Positions 56,108 to 64,000 of a stretch of DNA of 64,000 nt are shown here, one piece after another. This DNA comes from Candidatus Hadarchaeota archaeon (GTDB lineage: Archaea > CAYQAE01 > CAYVLA01). Position 1 is the stretch's first letter; each line of letters starts with the position of its first letter. A program made the position numbers and the translations under genes. The notes under the pieces are model-generated. The model saw nothing but the letters and a program-made list of their open reading frames with translations, was not told the origin of the DNA and ran no database searches. The stretch covers positions 63,690-127,689 of the forward strand of contig CAYVLA010000001.1 of assembly GCA_964452145.1 (NCBI GenBank), read 5' to 3'.

Positions 56108-58195
56108 GATCCTCTTCACGAACTCCACTGAGTTGGCCTTGAATTCTTCGTAGGCATTCGTGAACTCGGTCATGGTCTTGACCACGGACCCGAAGTTGGG
56201 CCAGTCCTCAACCCTCAGCCCGCCTGTCCCAAAGTCCGGGCTCAGGCCCGCCTCTCTAAGCTCCGAGACGATCTCGGGGGTGAGCTCATAGGCCCTTCGG
56301 AAATCGGGCAGATTGAGGAGCCTTCTGGCGATCTCCGGATCATGCTCCATCATCACTGCGTCCTCGTAGGATGACAGGTCAAACCCCTCCTGTCTTGACG
56401 TCGTCAGAACGTTGTACTGGTGATTGGGGAACTCCGTGTTGGTCATGTTCTTCGAGGCCAGCGTGAGATACGTGTCGTCGGGCTTCCTCTTTGAGGCCGG
56501 TAGCATGTCGATCTTCCCCATGATATCGGCGGCCTGTTCGGGTGTGAGTTCGTATCTGCGCTGCAGGAACTCCAGCCATCTCCGCCTGTTATCCTCCGAG
56601 AAGAAGATCCAGTAGACCCGTTGGCATACCAGGGTCCCTGAGTAGCCGATATCTTTCTCGAGTTCGGACAGATACCTCTCGGTCTGCTCAGCATCGCCGT
56701 GGATCCTGGAACGGGCAATTGCCTGGACGAAGGCAGGATGCTTGAGGGACTTGAGGTAGTTGTACGAGCAGATGGCGGCTACCCTTCTGTCGACATCATC
56801 AGACCCGTCCTTCAGGCCCAGCGCCTTCCCCAGATCGGAGATGAATCCCTCCCTGTCGGCGACCTTGTCGAGTGCCTTCCGAAGGATCCGCTCGGCCTCC
56901 ACATCACGGAGATGGCTCTCCAGCCTTCCGCCCATGTTGGTCTCGTAGGCCTGCGTGATCGGTATCCCCATCTTCAGGGCCTTGGCCATTCCGGACATGG
57001 CACTCAGGATCAGGGCGGTCTCTTGGGCAACGGTGTAGGTCACGGTGTTGTTCGTACCGGTGCCTAGGCCGTTAAGGGTGCGGGTTATGTCGAGAGCCGC
57101 GGGATACCCTCCTGCCACTTTGAAGACGATGTTGGGTCTGCCTCGCTCGAGCATAGTCGAATACCCCCAGGCAAGGATCCTGTCATACTCCCTCAGGTAG
57201 CTGGTGGCAGCAGCGTAGATCTTCAGGGCATCCGCGACGCTTCCCTCAAGGCTGTCGGCAACGTTTGGGTTGAGCTGGTAGCTGACCATGCCGTGATGAA
57301 GCTTGGAGCAGAGTGCTATCGGTCTGAAAATGGCCAGATTCGGCCACAGCGCAACCTTGGTCGCCTCCATAGCGATCTCGTCTGCCCGGTCCTCCGGATG
57401 CTCGCGCCATTCCGGATGGCTTCTCACAACTTTCTCAAAGGAGTCCCACAGCGAGGGATCGTCGTCGTAGGCCTTGGCGGCCAGCACGGGGTTGGTCGAA
57501 ACCTGTACATAGCCAAGGTGCCTCAGCCACCTAAGCCCGATGGCATAATCGTTTCCGAGCTTGCACAATCCCTTGGATGAGATCCTGTAGTACACGTTAT
57601 CCCTGAGAGCCTTTCGGGCATTCTCCAAGAAGGAGACAACGGGCGACTCCGGCCTGACTCCTTCCTCGATCTCTCCCGCCACTTTGGCCATCATGCCCGC
57701 GCCCTTCATCACCTTCTTCATGTCGACAATCATCTTCTCGACGACGGCGCTGGCGACGGGCTGCTTTCCGTTGTGGTCGCGGGACTCCGTCTCGCCCCAT
57801 CTCCCCAGCGCCTGGACGATGCTGTGGTAAGCATCGTCGCACTCAGCCGGGGACAAGCCGGCTATCTTGGGCTCAATTCCACTCAGGTTCAGCCCGATCT
57901 CGATCCCAGCTTCATATATTCGGACTCTCTGCAGGATTTTCTTCGTCCCTTCGACCGGGCCGTCCTCCGGGCATGTTCTCGCCCAGATGAACTGCAGGTT
58001 CAACTGTCTTACGACGTTCCCTACAGTCTCAACGAGCTTGCCCCTCATCTCCTCGTTAAGCAGATGGTCCGCAGCCGTATCGGCACGACCGGCAAGGGCG
58101 AGGGTCACCACATGCTCGGAGTGATCTAGACTCTCTGGTTCGTTCAGATCCTCGGAACGGGATCCGAAAACGATCTCGCGGATGTTCCAAGTCAT
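56096..58195 (-). CDS. Transaldolase-family protein, greatly extended (699 aa)
   Basis: GNDY (catalytic Asp), VSTNP, VSYQLNP, NIVFKV (Schiff-base Lys), TNNTVTYTVAQ, GRL and LPAS motifs. Confidence 0.8.
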   Translation of the reverse strand: MTWNIREIVFGSRSEDLNEPESLDHSEHVVTLALAGRADTAADHLLNEEMRGKLVETVGNVVRQLNLQFIWARTCPEDGPVEGTKKILQRVRIYEAGIEIGLNLSGIEPKIAGLSPAECDDAYHSIVQALGRWGETESRDHNGKQPVASAVVEKMIVDMKKVMKGAGMMAKVAGEIEEGVRPESPVVSFLENARKALRDNVYYRISSKGLCKLGNDYAIGLRWLRHLGYVQVSTNPVLAAKAYDDDPSLWDSFEKVVRSHPEWREHPEDRADEIAMEATKVALWPNLAIFRPIALCSKLHHGMVSYQLNPNVADSLEGSVADALKIYAAATSYLREYDRILAWGYSTMLERGRPNIVFKVAGGYPAALDITRTLNGLGTGTNNTVTYTVAQETALILSAMSGMAKALKMGIPITQAYETNMGGRLESHLRDVEAERILRKALDKVADREGFISDLGKALGLKDGSDDVDRRVAAICSYNYLKSLKHPAFVQAIARSRIHGDAEQTERYLSELEKDIGYSGTLVCQRVYWIFFSEDNRRRWLEFLQRRYELTPEQAADIMGKIDMLPASKRKPDDTYLTLASKNMTNTEFPNHQYNVLTTSRQEGFDLSSYEDAVMMEHDPEIARRLLNLPDFRRAYELTPEIVSELREAGLSPDFGTGGLRVEDWPNFGSVVKTMTEFTNAYEEFKANSVEFVKRILRA

Positions 58196-58393
58196 CTTGT
58201 TCGCAACCTCGGCTGAAGCCCTTCGGAGCCCTCAAAAATATGATCCCCGGCGATGTGGCGATGGACGCGGGGCCGGTCCCACCTGCTGGTTATCCTGGGG
58301 AAGAGGGGGGCAAGAAGAACGGAGTCGACAGAGTTATAAGTCAAGAGCGGGACTGACTGGGCTGTTCCAGAGGAAATCGCCCCGAGTGGTCTG

Positions 58394-59377
58394 ATGAAAT
58401 ACTGGTCGGTCCTCTTCATCGCCGCAGTGCTGGCCATGGCTAACGAAGTTCCTGCGGTGGGAGAGGACTGCGAGTCAACAAGGCCGATGCTGCTAGTCTA
58501 CTGCCAAGGCAATACTGCCTACGGTGCGGAGGTCGCCGGCATATTGCAGGATGACCCAAGGATTGAGGCCGAGATCCTCGTCTTGACCGATCCCGAACTC
58601 GTCAAGACCATGCTTTACTTCCCCTACGTCAAGGCGGTTGTCGCGATCTTCAACTACGAGAAGGATGAGGGTCTTGGGCAGCATCTAGAGAGATTCTTCC
58701 AGCGAGGAGGAGGCATCGTCGGAATAGGATATGCAGGCCACTCGACGACCACCAGGAATGCCAGCAGAACCGTCTTTGCCCTCGCAGGCAACTACTACGC
58801 GGTGGGGGAGTACAATGCCGAACAGAAAGCCTATCAACACCACCTGTACGTGGCCAGTCCACATGAGATAAGCCAAGGCATGGGGAACTTCACCGCCAAT
58901 ACCCATAAAGTCATCATGTTCTACAACAGAACCACGGGCAATCTGGTGAACCCCGAACTCGAAGGTCGGCTGACGGTGCTGTACCGGGAGCCTACCTATG
59001 GTGCCCCTGTCATCGTTGCCTATGAAGATGCCGGTGCCTGCGTAACGTTTGCATGCTTCGCGGGGGATGCTCTAGAGAGGGCACCGACCTACTTTGGTCG
59101 TTTCACCCAGCAGGACGGGTTCAAGACTCTTCTGAGGAATTCGGTTATCTGGGTCTGGGCTCACGAGAGCGGTGCCAATGACACTAGGGCGGAGGCCTGC
59201 TCCCATTTCGCCGCCCGTAGAGATGACATGGCTCGCGTTGCTGAGCAGACCGAGAGGCTACAGAGACGCGCCAAAGAGGCGTACATCCTGCGATCCGTTC
59301 TGGTGATAGCCATGGCCACGCTCGGTGTCGGAGTCGTGGGCTGGAAGTGCTTCCTCGGTCCGAAATCGGAGGATTGA
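58394..59377 (+). CDS. Membrane-anchored extracellular protein with ThuA/class I GATase-like domain
   Basis: Signal peptide, FFQRGGGIVGIG, HEISQG, LLRNSVIW, coiled coil and C-terminal TM helix. Confidence 0.65.
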   Translation: MKYWSVLFIAAVLAMANEVPAVGEDCESTRPMLLVYCQGNTAYGAEVAGILQDDPRIEAEILVLTDPELVKTMLYFPYVKAVVAIFNYEKDEGLGQHLERFFQRGGGIVGIGYAGHSTTTRNASRTVFALAGNYYAVGEYNAEQKAYQHHLYVASPHEISQGMGNFTANTHKVIMFYNRTTGNLVNPELEGRLTVLYREPTYGAPVIVAYEDAGACVTFACFAGDALERAPTYFGRFTQQDGFKTLLRNSVIWVWAHESGANDTRAEACSHFAARRDDMARVAEQTERLQRRAKEAYILRSVLVIAMATLGVGVVGWKCFLGPKSED

Positions 59378-59434
59378 CGCCATGAACTTGGCTAGGCTCG
59401 GATCGTTGGCATCAAGGAATGGGGGGCTCCGGCT

Positions 59435-60292
59435 ATGATCGATAGAAGGCTCTTGGGGATCGTGACCATCGCCTTCATTGTGTCCACTGCAGCCTTCAGC
59501 TTCCTCGTCGGGGAGAAGGTGAAGGAGCCCTTGGAGGTGCTTAAGAACGAGTGGGGCCTGCCGACGAACTCAGAGGGCTTTGCACAGATGCCAAAGGCCG
59601 AGGGTCGGGTAACGTACTCATTGGGCATCGTCGCTCGGAAGCCCTTCGGCAGGCTCGAGCTGGTATTCGCCACAGTTGAGAACTCGTCCTTCAAGGTGGC
59701 AACGAATCGGGCGGCGGCCGGCGGCGACCTGGCCACGCTAGAGGAGGTTGGTGCGATGACAATTGCGGTCAAAGGCTACGTCGAACCTTCCTTGATGCGC
59801 CTGGACCGAGTAAATTTCTCTGTGAACATCTACGGCGAGGAGCGACACGGCTGCCTCGAGGACTTGACCGATCCGGTCACACCGGTTGCGCCCCCTGGCA
59901 TCCAACACAGCCTCCCCACCGTTCACGCGATTCTGTACGCTGAGAACGGCAGTGTCTGGAGATACTACAGAGGCGTTCCTGACATGTTCCTCTTCCGCAA
60001 CAATTCGATAATCGACCTTACCGTTCAACGGAACGAGAACGTCACCAGATTCTCGCGTAGAACCACGCAGCAAGGGACTAGTCTGCTGATGACCGAGGCC
60101 CCAGCCGTCGGTCGCTTGGTCTTCGACGATATTAGGAAGGACGACCAGATATTCGTCACGGTCGCGGTAAACCCGGCCGATCCCGAGGCGGCAACTCAGG
60201 TGATGCCGAGACAGCGTACCTTGCTGCACTTCGTCTTGATCTTCGTGGATGGAGAGTGCTATCGGGCCGTCGTGACCCCGATGATCTGGTAG
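59435..60292 (+). CDS. Hypothetical protein with N-terminal membrane anchor
   Basis: N-terminal TM helix, beta-rich body, several N-x-S/T sequons, coding-like codons. Confidence 0.7.
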   Translation: MIDRRLLGIVTIAFIVSTAAFSFLVGEKVKEPLEVLKNEWGLPTNSEGFAQMPKAEGRVTYSLGIVARKPFGRLELVFATVENSSFKVATNRAAAGGDLATLEEVGAMTIAVKGYVEPSLMRLDRVNFSVNIYGEERHGCLEDLTDPVTPVAPPGIQHSLPTVHAILYAENGSVWRYYRGVPDMFLFRNNSIIDLTVQRNENVTRFSRRTTQQGTSLLMTEAPAVGRLVFDDIRKDDQIFVTVAVNPADPEAATQVMPRQRTLLHFVLIFVDGECYRAVVTPMIW

Positions 60293-60314
60293 GCCCATTC
60301 AAGGCGGTTTCCGG

Positions 60315-61541
60315 ATGAGGCAGCGATTCGACATCTCAACGATCCTCTGCTTCATCGTTCTAATCGCCTGCCAGGCGTTCGCCGAACCCAAGACCGACCC
60401 GGAGGGAAGGGTGAGGCTTCTCATTGTGGGGGAGGCTACTTCAGGAGGCAACACCTTTGTGGTCAGCCTTCTGCGATCGGATCCGCGAATCAGACATTAC
60501 GCAACCATCTACAGCGGCGCCAGCGCAGAGCCCGAAGATGCCAAGAGATACGTTCGGATACACTTCCCCCGCACCAAGGATCGCTTAGCCTCCAGCATCG
60601 ATGTCATCGAATTCATGGACTGCCCCCCGTGGGTCTTCAGCGACGACCAGCAGCTCTGGATCCACGACTCCATACGGGACCAGGGTCTGGGGCTTCTCCT
60701 CGTTGAGATGGGATGGCACACTTGTCACTATGCGTGGTGGTCGTGCAACTGTCCGTGGGATTGGATGGATTCGGTGATCTACCAGACCTTTCCGATGGAC
60801 CTGGTTCTGGAGAAGATCATCCAGACCTCGGGGTACATCGAGATCGTTGAGAGAACCCCGGTTGTGAATCTTCCGGATTTCGAGAAGACCCCCTACCAGG
60901 GAGCCCTATATGTCGGGGTGGTCAATGCGCGTCCCGGATCGAAGCTACACGCCAGGTGGCGGGTGGGAAAGGAGGATGCGATCGTATCGGCGCAGTACGG
61001 GAAGGGCATGGCGCTCTCCCTGCCTTCGGGATGGGACTGCATACCGGGGGATATGATGAGGGGTTGGAAGTACTTCGTGGACTTCGTTCTCAACAGCGTC
61101 TACTACACTGCAGGCGTTCCGGTACCGGAGGATCCCGAGCTTGCCCATAGCCTCAGAGCCGCATTTGCCCAGTTCAGCGAGCAGAGGACCATGATGCTGT
61201 CTGTCCTAGATTTCATCGACAGGTTCGGTGCAAACACCGATAAGCTCCACATGATGATCGACGAACTGGAATCCAGAAGCAAGGCTGCCGGCGGCCTCTA
61301 CATCCAGGGAGACTACCAGGGATCCTGGGACGCAATCCGTGAGGCCAACGAAGGCCTGACCATGGTGTCGAGCGAGTCAACCAGGCTGCGCAGAAGGGCC
61401 CTTTTCTGGGTGTACCTCACCGAGTATCTGGCTGTCTCGGGCACATCCATGATCTGCGGGTTCGTCCTCTGGAGCCTGATGGTCAGGCGAAGATACTACA
61501 AGGAGGTTCAAGCGACGAAGTTGGGCAGAATCGCCCAGTAG
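60315..61541 (+). CDS. Membrane-anchored extracellular protein with GATase1-like domain and helical C-terminal stalk
   Basis: Signal peptide, RLLIVGE, GLGLLLVEMG, YGKG, NSVYY.AG and TM WVYLTEYLAV...VRRR. Confidence 0.65.
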   Translation: MRQRFDISTILCFIVLIACQAFAEPKTDPEGRVRLLIVGEATSGGNTFVVSLLRSDPRIRHYATIYSGASAEPEDAKRYVRIHFPRTKDRLASSIDVIEFMDCPPWVFSDDQQLWIHDSIRDQGLGLLLVEMGWHTCHYAWWSCNCPWDWMDSVIYQTFPMDLVLEKIIQTSGYIEIVERTPVVNLPDFEKTPYQGALYVGVVNARPGSKLHARWRVGKEDAIVSAQYGKGMALSLPSGWDCIPGDMMRGWKYFVDFVLNSVYYTAGVPVPEDPELAHSLRAAFAQFSEQRTMMLSVLDFIDRFGANTDKLHMMIDELESRSKAAGGLYIQGDYQGSWDAIREANEGLTMVSSESTRLRRRALFWVYLTEYLAVSGTSMICGFVLWSLMVRRRYYKEVQATKLGRIAQ

Positions 61542-61567
61542 TCTTCCGCCGACGGATCCTGTGCGTG

Positions 61568-61585
61568 GCCGGGGCCCCGGCTTTT
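61568..61585 (+). terminator. GC-rich palindrome followed by a T-run
   Basis: GCCGGGGCCCCGGC-TTTT, 27 bp after the stop at 61541. Confidence 0.45.
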
Positions 61586-62063
61586 CAGACTGCATACGTC
61601 AACAAAGGGAGTCTTCGGTCGGCGGTGTCCTGATGCCGCATCCGAATCTCGCATTGCCCATCCCACTGCCCAGCCCATTAAGTCGATCGGCTCTCACCTG
61701 CTCAGCTTCAACAAGGGCAGATGGGAGTAGCGGCTTGGGGCAGGCAGGTTCGTCCAGGGAGGTTCAGGAAGCGGAGGTTCAACAACCTGCATAAGAAATG
61801 ATCCCAAGAGGAGTCAGGTAGAGGTCGCCTGAGAAGAATCCCCTATTCCCCTTCCTGATTCGTTTGGAAGCCGACCGCGAAGTTCTCTTGGGATCTGGGC
61901 CAGCCATGTTGTTACGAAAATATAGTGGTTTTGTATCAGGTAGCTGTTATCCTAACGTTTCGGCTGACAACGTCCGGAAGCTGTGCCATCTTCGATCCGT
62001 GTGATCCAGCACCGGCGTGGTGATGTGCTCATTTTTAAGCTCCTGCCCTACCCTGGGGCCTCG

Positions 62064-63269
62064 TTGACCCATCCGAGTCAGGGCTCGGGAGTCCGAGCTC
62101 TCTTCGTTTCATCATTCCTATTCAACTTGGGTGCAGCCGCAGCCGGCCTGACCGTGACCCTCTTTGCCATCCGGCTCGGGGCCAACCCCCTTCAGCTGGG
62201 CCTGATAGGCATGATATGGCCCTCCGTCTACACCGTGTCATGCTTGTTCTCGGGTCCCCTCGCCGACAGAATGCCTGGAAGGAGGTTGCCCCTGATCGGT
62301 TCTGTCACGGCGTGTCTCTCCTATGTACTTCTGACAAGGTGCACCACCCCTTTTCACGTCATGCTCCTCGGCCTGCCGGTGGGAGTCTCGCTTTCCCTCT
62401 TCTGGCCCCCTTTGGAGGCATGGATTGCCCATCTATCCTCGCCGACCGGCTTGCGTAGGAACTTCGGGGTTTTCAACATTGCGTGGAGCCTCGGCGCTGC
62501 GCCAGGGCCGCTCATGGCGGGGTTAGCCTTGGGAGTTGACTTGGTCCTATCGATAGCCATCAGCGTCCTCTTTGTCGCGCTGGCCGGGATCGTGGTGGCT
62601 ACCCAGTCAGGGAATTGTGCCGGAAGTATGGAAAGCAGAGTCCTGTCCGAGGACGAGACCCTATCAAGAAGATTCCTCCACGTGGCCTGGGTGGCCAACT
62701 TCGCCACGTACTTCACCATTGGCATCATCCGATCGCTCTTCCCCAAGCTTGGCGGACAACTCGGCATGGGCTCGACAGCCATCGGCGCCCTCCTATCCAT
62801 CATCACCTTCGCCCAGGTGTCCGCGTTTGCGCTGCTACGGCAGACTGCTAGATGGCACTATCGACTTGCGCCGATGGTTCTATCGCTGTCCATCCTGCTC
62901 GGCGTCTCACTACTCATCTACACATCGACCAGCTTCGTCCAGTTCATCCCGGCCATGGCGCTCATGGGTACCTGTACCGGCGTGGCCTACTTCTCAAGCC
63001 TGTACTACAGCCTGAACACCCCAACAGAAAGGGGGGCTAGAAGCGGGATACATGAGGCTCTGATCGGACTGGGCGTCGTCGCCGGACCTCTCAGCGGGGG
63101 GATCGTCGCCCAGGTCTGGGGCCTGCGGGCACCTTATATACTGTCGGCCGGCGTCACCTTGTTTGTGATCTTCACGACGGCGATCATGGGGCTGCGCATA
63201 CCCAAGAAGCAGGCTCAACCTTCGGAAGATGTGGTGCAACGCAGATACAAACCGGTGAAACCGCCCTAG
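62064..63269 (+). CDS. MFS transporter
   Basis: About 12 hydrophobic helices, motif A-like GPLADRMPGRR, and G...GP in both halves. TTG start ~25 bp after a TTTTTAAG TATA-like box. Confidence 0.88.
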   Translation: MTHPSQGSGVRALFVSSFLFNLGAAAAGLTVTLFAIRLGANPLQLGLIGMIWPSVYTVSCLFSGPLADRMPGRRLPLIGSVTACLSYVLLTRCTTPFHVMLLGLPVGVSLSLFWPPLEAWIAHLSSPTGLRRNFGVFNIAWSLGAAPGPLMAGLALGVDLVLSIAISVLFVALAGIVVATQSGNCAGSMESRVLSEDETLSRRFLHVAWVANFATYFTIGIIRSLFPKLGGQLGMGSTAIGALLSIITFAQVSAFALLRQTARWHYRLAPMVLSLSILLGVSLLIYTSTSFVQFIPAMALMGTCTGVAYFSSLYYSLNTPTERGARSGIHEALIGLGVVAGPLSGGIVAQVWGLRAPYILSAGVTLFVIFTTAIMGLRIPKKQAQPSEDVVQRRYKPVKPP

Positions 63270-63298
63270 AATGATCCGCACTTATGGAGCACCTTGCA

Positions 63299-63661
63299 TC
63301 ATTGGGGTGCTTGCGCCCGATGACATGCGAGCAGATGGCATCCAGGTCGTCTGACCTCTAGGTGAGTGATCTGCAGGCGGTCCACTGGCTCCGAGACAGG
63401 CCCGAACATCCAACGCAGCTGCCGGGCAGCTGGACCAACCCCGGACTCCTTGGAATCCGGGCCAAGAACATCCACGACCCGCCGAAAGACCACACGACTA
63501 ACAAGGCCGTGCGCATTACAGGAGCGATTCAGAGTCATGCCTTCGCGGCTCCGCTCAACGGCGTCCTATTTCAGATCCCGGGCGAAGTCGATGTAGCTGA
63601 AGAAGTCCATCTTGCCCTTGGAGATGTAGTACCGCATCAAGGAGCTGATGCAGAGCTTCAT
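63299..63661 (-). pseudogene. Probable remnant of a sugar-phosphate isomerase/epimerase (xylose-isomerase-like TIM barrel) gene
   Basis: MKLCISS..YYISKGKMDFFSYIDFARDLK*DAVE resembles the family N-terminus. In-frame TAG at 63566-63568, and the remainder is far too short for a TIM barrel. Confidence 0.4.
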
Positions 63662-63900
63662 GCCAACAGCCTCGCCAGCATTCCTGCCCTCGTAGGCTAC
63701 AGGTCTCTCGCTGGCTGTCGGGTCCCCGATCTGCCCACCTGGGCCATGTGCCATGACGGCAAGATCGTCTCCTCGGACGAGGCCTTCGACCGGGTGGAGG
63801 AAGTGGAGCGAGTCGACCCAACCGGACTCTGAGTGGTGATCACCTACCGTGCCCCGGCTGCACGGGTTGAGCCCACTCGCTGTAGGTGGTGGGCCCGCGG

Positions 63901-63932
63901 GGGTTCAAGCCCTTATGGGTTCAAGTCCTAAC
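63901..63932 (+). repeat. Imperfect tandem 16-bp repeat (GGGTTCAAG core)
   Basis: GGGTTCAAGCCCTTAT followed by GGGTTCAAGTCCTAAC; related copies at 63864 and 63960. Confidence 0.45.
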
Positions 63933-64000
63933 CGCGCAGGAGCACGTTAGTCCCTAGATGGGTTCACGAAGACTTGGGAATCCCCACCAGCGACCAATCC

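Noticed and set aside
63566..63568. Pyrrolysine readthrough of the in-frame TAG
   Set aside because: No pyl genes in the window, and the downstream frame is too short and degenerate to complete the protein.
63864..63968. CRISPR array
   Set aside because: Repeat cores are only ~9-12 bp, irregularly spaced, and no cas genes are present.

Overview
A gene-dense, GC-rich archaeal chromosome segment. The archaeal assignment rests on the proteasome alpha/beta subunits, TFE, aTrm56, eIF6, S19e/L31e/L39e/L18a, prefoldin, SRP54/FtsY, the archaeal aroA'/aroB' pair, the HMGCS-thiolase-DUF35 cluster and TATA-type promoters. The GatB N-terminus looks TACK-like, but the lineage cannot be fixed from sequence alone. 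Most of the window is housekeeping. The most unusual part is a ~9 kb block of bacterial-type genes (24.9-33.8 kb). It contains a pta-ackA-GlmU-like-acyl carrier protein operon, a convergent NUDIX-acpS pair, a divergent nagB and a nearby glmM. This gives a complete ACP/phosphopantetheinyl-transferase pair in an archaeon, placed among amino-sugar and acetyl-phosphate genes, with no fatty-acid synthase genes in the window. Other points of interest: a tRNA-Arg(GCG) with a D-loop insertion that overlaps a CDS, a tandem psmB-psmA pair, an ExeA-like AAA+/wHTH protein beside a 500-bp non-coding stretch, a SWIM plus FYVE-like zinc-finger protein, a 699-aa transaldolase-family protein, several orphan or small ORFs, and structured intergenic regions. 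No CRISPR array, rRNA or transposase was seen. All calls come from motif recognition by eye and no searches were run. Several start codons were moved from the ORF track using RBS/TATA context.
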